Source of the DNA: Blastocatellia bacterium
GTDB lineage: Bacteria; Acidobacteriota; Blastocatellia; UBA7656
Reading direction: 5' to 3'
DNA length: 64,000 nt
Assembly: GCA_035649735.1 (NCBI GenBank)
Contig: DASRIZ010000454.1
Location: forward strand, 1,519-65,518
Positions within the stretch are counted from its first letter, which is position 1; every line of letters begins with the position of its first letter. Below are positions 57,436-64,000 of the stretch, piece by piece. The notes under the pieces are model-generated. The model did no database searches, had not been told where the DNA came from, and worked only from the letters and a program-made list of their open reading frames with translations. Made by a program: the position numbers and the translations under genes.

Positions 57436-58188
57436 GTGACTTCCGAATCCTACAAAGTTTTGGCTGGAGCGACACTGCTATTGCTGTTCCTCGAAACGGT
57501 GTGCGTTGCACAGAACAAGAAGGACAGCCCAGCGGAGTTCGGTCCACAGCAGACTTCAAAACACCTCGATGTGAATCACGTTATTTCTGTAGTCGCAGCC
57601 AGTGAGAATGGCTTCCGAACCGCTTTGGGCGACTATGGCTATAAGTATGATGTGATAATTCAGACTTTTAAGGATGGGAAAGTGACAGGCGAGTATCGCC
57701 GGACAACCCAGGTTGCCCTCGATAAGAAAGGCACACTTGAGGAAAGAGTACTTTACTTTCCTCGACCGTCGGTGACAGATATACAAGTCACCCGAGAAGA
57801 CTTGGAGGATCTATCAGGTAGGAACCAATTTGTCCTAGAGACGGTCAACATAAGCAAGTACAACTTTACTTACGCCGGTAACGAGCGCATCGACAATATA
57901 GATTTATATGTCATTGACGTAGAACCCAAGGCAATTTCTTCTCGCGAGCGTCTTTTCAGCGGTCGCATCTGGTTAAGAGCGAACGATCTAAGAATCCTTA
58001 GGATGCGAGGCCGCACTGTCCAAAAAGGTTCTCAGAGATTTCCCGTAATGGACAGTTACCGCGCTCAGGTTGGAGAGCAATATCTATTCCCAGCTCTAGC
58101 CGTCGCAGAAGAGCAATTGGAGTTTCCAAGGGGATCTGTTCATCTGCGGATCGAAGTAAAATACAGCGATTACGTCAAACTTAAATGA
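57436..58188 (+). CDS. Hypothetical secreted protein (possibly LolA-like fold)
   Basis: Signal peptide; beta-rich composition; no motif. Confidence 0.35.
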   Translation: MTSESYKVLAGATLLLLFLETVCVAQNKKDSPAEFGPQQTSKHLDVNHVISVVAASENGFRTALGDYGYKYDVIIQTFKDGKVTGEYRRTTQVALDKKGTLEERVLYFPRPSVTDIQVTREDLEDLSGRNQFVLETVNISKYNFTYAGNERIDNIDLYVIDVEPKAISSRERLFSGRIWLRANDLRILRMRGRTVQKGSQRFPVMDSYRAQVGEQYLFPALAVAEEQLEFPRGSVHLRIEVKYSDYVKLK

Positions 58189-58300
58189 CGGCGGCGGTAG
58201 AACCTCAAGCACGAGGACAAGTTAGATCGGAGGACAACCGCAACGGGGACACTTTGCAAACCGTAGGTGGCGCTGAGACTCGGTGAAGAGGAGAACGATC

Positions 58301-59548
58301 ATGAATAAAAGGCGAATCGAGCGGAGAGAGTTTCTCAAACAGGCAGCGACGGCTTCGGCGATTGGACTCGCATATCGAAGCTCGAGCGTGCTGGGCGCTA
58401 ACGATCGCGTTCGACTGGGTATCATCGGGCCCGGGGCGCGCGGGCAGGAGCTCATGAAGGAGTTCCTTACGGTGCCAAACGTAGAATTTGTCGCGGCAGC
58501 CGACGTATATACACGTCGCCACGACGAGGCCGGTCGCCTGTCGCCTGGGATCAAGACAGTTGCAGACCATCGACGTCTTCTCGATATGAAGGATCTCGAC
58601 GCTGTTATCGTAGCGAGCCCTCTGCACTGTCACGCGCGTCATTTCCTGGACACGCTAGCTGCGGGCAAAGACCTGTATTGTGAAAAAACCATGACCTGGT
58701 CAATCGCCGAAGCCGAAGCGTGTCTCGAAGCCGCGAAGAAATCCAAGCAGGTGATCGGAATTGGATTGCAACATCAGAGCTCCGGCAACCTTAATGACAC
58801 CAGGCGGTGGATCAAGGATGGACTGGTCGGCAAGGTCACCCACGTCGAATGCTGGATGAGCCGGAACACACCTCGAGGAAAGGGGCAATGGGTGCGACAA
58901 ATTCCCTCCGACTGCACCGCGGCGAATGTTCAGTGGGACGCGTTTCTAAACGGTAGGCCGCGGCGCTCGTTCGATGCAAACCAGTTCATCAACTGGCGAT
59001 TGTTCTGGGATTTCTCGGGCGGAAACGTCACTGAAAACATGGTTCACCAGATCGCATTCGTCATGCGCGCGCTCGATTTACCGCTGCCGTCGTCAGCTTA
59101 TATGTCCGGCGGTGTCTTTTCTGAGAAAGATGGCCGGGAGGTGCCGGACACAATCGCGGTGACGCTCGACTTTCCGGGCGACCTGGTTATCACCTGGCAA
59201 TCGACCTTCAGCAACAGCCGATTCGGCATCGGAGATCGTATTCTGGGCTCGCACGGGACGATCGAGCGTCTGATGGGATCGACGGATATGGTGACCGGAA
59301 AGTCGCAGAGCGGTCTCCGTTACTATCCCGAGAAGGCCAACCGCGCCGATGAGAGCTCGCAGGTGGGCGAGAGCAAAGACGAAAACCATTATGCGAACTT
59401 CGTCGAGTGCGTTCGCTCGCGTAAGGAACCCAATGCTCACGTGGAAATCGGGTATCGTTCGGCGGTGGCAGGGCATATGGCCAATATGTCGTACCGCAAG
59501 AAGCAGCGAGTTGCGTTGGAATCGACCGGACTCGCAGTTCGCAAATAG
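58301..59548 (+). CDS. Tat-secreted Gfo/Idh/MocA-family oxidoreductase
   Basis: Twin-arginine RREFLKQAATASAIG; Rossmann LGIIGPGARG; GAGGAGAA RBS. Confidence 0.8.
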   Translation: MNKRRIERREFLKQAATASAIGLAYRSSSVLGANDRVRLGIIGPGARGQELMKEFLTVPNVEFVAAADVYTRRHDEAGRLSPGIKTVADHRRLLDMKDLDAVIVASPLHCHARHFLDTLAAGKDLYCEKTMTWSIAEAEACLEAAKKSKQVIGIGLQHQSSGNLNDTRRWIKDGLVGKVTHVECWMSRNTPRGKGQWVRQIPSDCTAANVQWDAFLNGRPRRSFDANQFINWRLFWDFSGGNVTENMVHQIAFVMRALDLPLPSSAYMSGGVFSEKDGREVPDTIAVTLDFPGDLVITWQSTFSNSRFGIGDRILGSHGTIERLMGSTDMVTGKSQSGLRYYPEKANRADESSQVGESKDENHYANFVECVRSRKEPNAHVEIGYRSAVAGHMANMSYRKKQRVALESTGLAVRK

Positions 59549-59573
59549 CTACACAACTCCTGGAGGAACGGTA

Positions 59574-60239
59574 ATGCGAATCATTTTCCCAAGAATACTG
59601 GTCCTGACAGCGGTCGTAGTATGCACAACCCCCTTCGCGTGGGGACAGGATAAGAAAGGTTGGATCCCGCTGCTCAACGGTAAGGATCTGACCGGATGGC
59701 ACCTCCGCAAACCGGACGGGCCCAATGGCTGGAAGGTTGTCGATCACGTTACCGTAAACACGCCTCCGAGCACTGACATTCAGACCGATGCCGAGTATTA
59801 CGATTTCCAGCTTCACGTAGAGTTCAAAGTCACCGCCGGAGAAGGAAACTCCGGGGTGTATATGCGCGACAAATACGAAGTGCAAATCTTTAACAGTTTT
59901 GGCAAGCCAATCGCGATCAACGGATGCGGAGCGCTCTACAACAAGATCGCGCCATCGGTTAATGCTTCAAAGCGTGACGGCGAATGGCAAACCTACGATA
60001 TTACCTTCATAGGAAAGCGGCTGACCGTGATTCACAATGGTCAGAAGGTGTTGGACAACGTGGATGTCGGGCCGATGGGAACCGGCGCCGCAAGCAGCCG
60101 CGCCGACGGACCAGGACCTTTGCGGTTGCAAGGCGATCACGAGGCGGTGTCATTTCGAAATATTCGTATTCGACCGTTGTCTAAAGAAGACGCAGAGAAG
60201 CTGCAGAAGCAGATCGATTCGGGCCGTGCCCGTACTTAA
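59574..60239 (+). CDS. Secreted DUF1080 (3-keto-disaccharide hydrolase / LamG-like) protein
   Basis: Signal peptide; DUF1080 blocks (GW..L.NGKDLTGW, NSGVY.R, YEVQI.NS, LRLQ.H); TGGAGGAA RBS. Confidence 0.7.
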   Translation: MRIIFPRILVLTAVVVCTTPFAWGQDKKGWIPLLNGKDLTGWHLRKPDGPNGWKVVDHVTVNTPPSTDIQTDAEYYDFQLHVEFKVTAGEGNSGVYMRDKYEVQIFNSFGKPIAINGCGALYNKIAPSVNASKRDGEWQTYDITFIGKRLTVIHNGQKVLDNVDVGPMGTGAASSRADGPGPLRLQGDHEAVSFRNIRIRPLSKEDAEKLQKQIDSGRART

Positions 60240-60255
60240 CGCGACTGCGTTGCTT

Positions 60256-60456
60256 ATTTGGACTGCGCCGCCTATTCCGCATTCAATGACTATCGCATGG
60301 GTGGCGGCGCTTTTGTTTCGGACATTACGAATGACCTGTTTTCGCGGCCGCTGACTCTGAATATCCAAAGCGCCGCCACGCATGCGATAGTCGTTGAATG
60401 CGGAACAGGCGGCGCAGTCCAAATAGGCGGCGCCAAATAGGCGGCGCAGTCCAAAT
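60256..60456. repeat. REP-pair (BIME/MITE-like) element: two inverted ~60-bp copies (3 mismatches) of the unit also present at 24071-24270, with a partial internal duplication
   Basis: 60256-60316 (+) vs 60367-60427 (inverted); extra caaataggcggcgc duplication to 60456; sits in convergent gap between DUF1080 gene and rne. Confidence 0.7.
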
Positions 60457-60462
60457 TTTCCC

Positions 60463-63400
60463 TTACATCACCGCAAAGTCGAACTGCTCCTGATGCAAAT
60501 TCGGGTCGGGTTCGATAACCACCGGGTTCCCGAAGTGGGCTTCCACCTCCTCCATTACCTCGCGCTCAGTCGAACGCAAAGCCTCCGCTACGTGCGGTGA
60601 CACCCTCAACATCACATCGCTTGCACCAGCCAACTGTTTGCTCATCGCCTTTGCTTGCTCGAGGATCTCGAAACACATCGTCTGCGCCGATTTCACCATC
60701 CCCGCTCCCTGGCAATAGGGACACGGCGTGCACAGCGTGCGCTCCAGCGACTGCTTGACTCGCTTGCGAGTGATCGCAACCAGACCGAAGTCATTGATCG
60801 AAAGAATCTTTGACGGTGAACGGTCGTGCGATAGCTCCTGCTGCAGCGCCATCATCACCTTCTGACGGTTCTTGCGCTCCTCCATATCTATCAGGTCGAG
60901 CACGATTATCCCGCCCAGATCGCGAAGGCGGACCTGTCGCACGATCTCCTTTGCGGCTTCCAGGTTTGTTCGAGTGATGGTGTCTTCGAGCCTGTCGGAC
61001 TTTCCGACAAACTTGCCGGTGTTGACATCGATGGCCACAAGCGCTTCTGTCTGATTGATTACGATATAACCGCCCGACTTCAGCCAGACCCGCGGGCGGA
61101 CTGCTTTATCAATCTCTGCCTGTACGCCAAACTTTTCAAGAATCGGCTGGTCCGCGGTGTACAGCTTTACCCGTTTGACAAGTTTCGGCTGGACTCGATT
61201 CACGAACTCGACTATCCGCGCGTATTCGACTTCGTTGTCTATCCGGATCGCGGTGAACTCTTCGGACATCTGATCGCGGAGGATTCGCTGAACCAGATCG
61301 AGGTCTCGATGCGTCAACGCCGGCGCCTTGCTGCGTTCAGCCTTCTTTCGAACATCCGCCCAGGTGCGCAGCAGGTATCGCATATCATCGGCCAGCTCCT
61401 GCTCGGAATGCCCTGCGCACGCCGTCCGCGCGATAAACCCGCCGGTAGCCCCTTCGCGGTCTCGAAGCGCGGTCACGATTCGCTTCAACCGGATGCGCTC
61501 CATTTCGTTTGGTATCTTTCGAGATACGCCGATGTGATTGACCGTCGGCATATAAACAATAAAACGACCCGGCAGCGCAATGTGAGAAGTGATACGCGCG
61601 CCCTTTTTGGCGATCGGCTCTTTGGCGATCTGAACCAGAATCTCCTGCCCCTCGTGAAGCAGTTCGCTGATCGTCGGAGCGCCTCCTCTTTCCGGACGAC
61701 GTGCCGGTCCAATGTCCGGCCTGCGCTGCTCCGGACCGCGCGGCTCTGGTCTTCGAGGATCAGGTCTGCGCGGGTCGGGCCTCCGCTGGGGACGAGGTCC
61801 CTGAGGACGACCCATAGGCTGTCGTTGCTCCCCAGGCCTTCCCTCCGGTTGCCGATTCTCAACCGGTCGCGCATCGAGCTGACGAGCATCGGGCTGACGA
61901 GCATCGGGCTGACGAGCATCGGGCTGGTGAGCTTCGGGCTGCCGAGCTTCGGCCGGCCGAGCCTCAGCAGCGCCGGCACTCTCTTCTTGCTGCGGTGCTT
62001 CTTCAACGCTGACGACTCCTTCCTCCGGCGCCGCCGCCGCACTCGCTGACTCCTCGTCACCCGGAGCGAGCGCCTGCGCCGGGGGCTCGCGGCGGCCTCC
62101 ACGCCCTCGACGACCCCTTCCACCTCGGCGAACAGCAAACTCTCCGCGAGTACCGCGGTCTCTCACCCCCGCGTCTCGATCTTCATCAACCGAGGGCTCC
62201 GACGGGTTCTCGGCGCTTTCGGCTGATGACTCATACGCAACATCGCTCCGATTTGACTCACTGGAGCTAACGCTCTCGTCCAACTCGCTCGTGTCGCCGG
62301 TGGTCCCGGATTGTATGCGACCGTAAAGCCCGCGCACCACATCGGACAGGTGCCGGAAGGTTGACGGCTTCGTCTCTTCAGGCTGGGCGGTCGGTATTTC
62401 GACGGACGCTAACTCGGGGACCTCGTTGTCGAACCGCAACGCCTCTTCTCGTGCCGCCGCTTCGGCGTTCTCATCCACAACGCGTAGGAATCCCGAGTCA
62501 CTTTCAGTCAGAGATCGAAGACTCCCGACTCGCCATTCAGGCTCGGGCTCGGGTTGAAAACCGCCGGTTTGAAACTCCGCGGTATGGAGCCGCTCAATAA
62601 TCTTCTCCTCGACAATGGCGTCCTTCAAAAGCTCCCCTGCTTCCGCTCTGACGTCTTCGTCGGTAACGCGTTGAAACTCCGGCGTGCTCTCGCTCGGAGT
62701 TGTCGAGTCGTCCTCGCCGCGTCGTCGCGATCTTTTTGCGGGTGCCTTTGCCGGTGCTTTTCGCGAAGTCGCTTTCGCGGGCTTTTCATCGGGTTTGACC
62801 AGTTTTTTTCTGGGTTCGCTCGCTTTCCTGCCGCGACCGCGCTTTGACTTCTCTTCCGGCTCAACAGCTTCTGCCTGCTCGGGCTCCTGAGCGGTCGCTT
62901 CGACCGGTTCCAGTTCATCATCGGTGACGCGTTGGACCGGAAACATCTCAAGCGGAGCTGCTTGCACATCGCCGGGTTCAAGCTCTGGGAGGTCCTCCTC
63001 GGGAGGCGGCGGCGGGATGACGCTCTCATCGGCGATCTCAGCCAGTTGCTCCACCGCATCTTCAATGCGCTCCGGCCTTTCGCCGTGCGTCTCGTCTTCT
63101 CGCGCGGGTTCTGCAACCGCGGGTCGAGCGGAGACGGCGGGCGCAGGTTCCAGCCGCGGCCGGTCGCCGCGCCGCGCGCGGTCGTCGATGCGCGGAGGAG
63201 GAACGCGCTCGTCGCTCACTTCGCGGAAATCGATTTCCTCCTCCTCTTCCATGAACTCGGTAAAATCAGATACGTAAAGGAAGGCGTCGCGCTCGAGCCC
63301 GATGTCTACGAAGGCCGACTGCATTCCCGGGAGCACCTTCATCACCCGTCCCTTGTAGAGGTTGCCTACGACGCCCTGATTCTCATCTCTGCGTTCGACG

Positions 63401-63483
63401 TAAAACTCGGTGACCACGCCATCTTCCAGCATTGCCACCTTCTTCTCGTGCACGTTGGCACTAATGATCAGCTCTTTTGCCAT
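60463..63483 (-). CDS. rne: Ribonuclease E/G with ~490-aa acidic/Pro/Arg-rich low-complexity insertion in the S1-domain region
   Basis: N-terminal MAKELIISANVHEKKVAMLEDGVVTEFYVER...GNLYKGRVMKVLPGMQSAFVDIG and C-terminal catalytic core (DNase-I-like, Zn-link CPxCxGxG); insertion carries ARQPD and RRPDP repeats. Confidence 0.85.
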   Translation of the reverse strand: MAKELIISANVHEKKVAMLEDGVVTEFYVERRDENQGVVGNLYKGRVMKVLPGMQSAFVDIGLERDAFLYVSDFTEFMEEEEEIDFREVSDERVPPPRIDDRARRGDRPRLEPAPAVSARPAVAEPAREDETHGERPERIEDAVEQLAEIADESVIPPPPPEEDLPELEPGDVQAAPLEMFPVQRVTDDELEPVEATAQEPEQAEAVEPEEKSKRGRGRKASEPRKKLVKPDEKPAKATSRKAPAKAPAKRSRRRGEDDSTTPSESTPEFQRVTDEDVRAEAGELLKDAIVEEKIIERLHTAEFQTGGFQPEPEPEWRVGSLRSLTESDSGFLRVVDENAEAAAREEALRFDNEVPELASVEIPTAQPEETKPSTFRHLSDVVRGLYGRIQSGTTGDTSELDESVSSSESNRSDVAYESSAESAENPSEPSVDEDRDAGVRDRGTRGEFAVRRGGRGRRGRGGRREPPAQALAPGDEESASAAAAPEEGVVSVEEAPQQEESAGAAEARPAEARQPEAHQPDARQPDARQPDARQLDARPVENRQPEGRPGEQRQPMGRPQGPRPQRRPDPRRPDPRRPEPRGPEQRRPDIGPARRPERGGAPTISELLHEGQEILVQIAKEPIAKKGARITSHIALPGRFIVYMPTVNHIGVSRKIPNEMERIRLKRIVTALRDREGATGGFIARTACAGHSEQELADDMRYLLRTWADVRKKAERSKAPALTHRDLDLVQRILRDQMSEEFTAIRIDNEVEYARIVEFVNRVQPKLVKRVKLYTADQPILEKFGVQAEIDKAVRPRVWLKSGGYIVINQTEALVAIDVNTGKFVGKSDRLEDTITRTNLEAAKEIVRQVRLRDLGGIIVLDLIDMEERKNRQKVMMALQQELSHDRSPSKILSINDFGLVAITRKRVKQSLERTLCTPCPYCQGAGMVKSAQTMCFEILEQAKAMSKQLAGASDVMLRVSPHVAEALRSTEREVMEEVEAHFGNPVVIEPDPNLHQEQFDFAVM
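61871..61960. repeat. Six tandem 15-nt repeats (GCATCGGGCTGACGA) inside rne, encoding (A/P)RQPD pentapeptide repeats
   Basis: gcatcgagctgacga / gcatcgggctgacga x2 / gcatcgggctggtga / gcttcgggctgccga / gcttcggccggccga. Confidence 0.7.
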
Positions 63484-64000
63484 GAATTCTCCTGATGTGA
63501 GCTGTGCCGCGCAGGGGTAAGATAGAATGCCGCCGGGGAGAGACCCGGAACTTCCGGTCCTCAGATCGCAGAATGGCTTCGAGCAGATGAATTGAGGTTC
63601 AGATCCCTGATCCTCGTTAAAAGGATCAGGCTCAAAGTCGCTTGGCGAATGTCGCTGACAATCTTTGGCGCTCGCGTCGCAATTCGAATACTCTGCGCTA
63701 GATTACTGCAGATCCGCTCTCAACGGCCGCAGTCGCCTAACCTTGCTAAACCAGATCGATGATCTGTCATTAAGCTCGCGGGAAGGCGAATGTCAAAACT
63801 TACCTTGTGCTGACTAACGGCACAAACTTTTGAAAGTATCTATGAGTGACCGCCTGTCACTCGCAACTTGTCTCCTTGCTCGCCCATTCGAGCGGCCGCG
63901 ACACCGTGCTTCCAATTCGCAGGGTCGCTTGTTTGATCTTCCGAAAACAACCGCAGTCGCCGCACACGCGAACCGAGAGAAGTAGTCTCAGTCTCGGTCA

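Noticed and set aside
60150-60440. Mirror-image ORFs on opposite strands (60150-60422 minus, 60258-60440 plus) encoding near-identical peptides MDCAA(C/Y)SAFNDYRM...
   Set aside because: The similarity is a by-product of the inverted REP-pair DNA symmetry. There is no RBS logic and the ORFs sit inside a convergent intergenic gap, so they are not genes.
61309-62138. Long ORFs on both strands inside rne (e.g. 61309-62049 plus, 61485-62138 minus)
   Set aside because: They are antisense or alternate-frame read-throughs in a GC-rich repetitive coding region. The minus-strand frame gives a clear RNase E/G protein, so these are artefacts.

Overview
This 64-kb, high-GC window looks like bacterial chromosome, probably Acidobacteriota. 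The evidence is two very large CarbopepD_reg/TonB-dependent-receptor-like outer-membrane proteins that end in a terminal Phe, a PSD1/DUF1549-DUF1553 + DUF1501 gene pair, and many Tat-signal secreted oxidoreductases. The phylum is inferred from these signatures, not computed. Core genes are clear: trpS, scpA-scpB-rluB, dapF, mtnP, a PfkB kinase, a MsbA-like ABC exporter, RNase E (rne), a LigD-type ATP-dependent DNA ligase, and a methylmalonyl-pathway cluster (acyl-CoA dehydrogenase, MeaB GTPase, methylmalonyl-CoA epimerase). Accessory content includes a Phd/YefM-YoeB toxin-antitoxin pair. Next to it is a tightly coupled minus-strand operon encoding a patatin-like phospholipase, a subtilase (S8) fused to an unknown ~250-aa N-terminal domain, and an MBL-fold hydrolase. 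No signal peptides are apparent. I propose this operon as a candidate uncharacterised conflict/defence cassette. Other notable items are listed below.
- A GrdB/PrdB-like selenoprotein candidate with an in-frame UGA directly followed by a perfect hairpin and a U-x-x-C motif.
- RNase E carrying a ~490-aa low-complexity insertion encoded by 15-nt tandem repeats.
- A TonB-receptor-like OMP translationally coupled to an orphan PAS/HisKA_3 sensor kinase with a periplasmic binding-protein-like domain.
- A dispersed REP-pair (BIME-like) element present at two loci.
- A family of intergenic hairpins built from tandem heptamers.
- An AT-rich island carrying two AACGAAT-NN-ATTCGTT palindromes upstream of an S2P/M50 protease gene.
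- 18-bp direct repeats upstream of dapF.
- A 25-bp inverted repeat in the garR-like/ligase divergent promoter region.
No rRNA, tRNA or CRISPR arrays were recognised.
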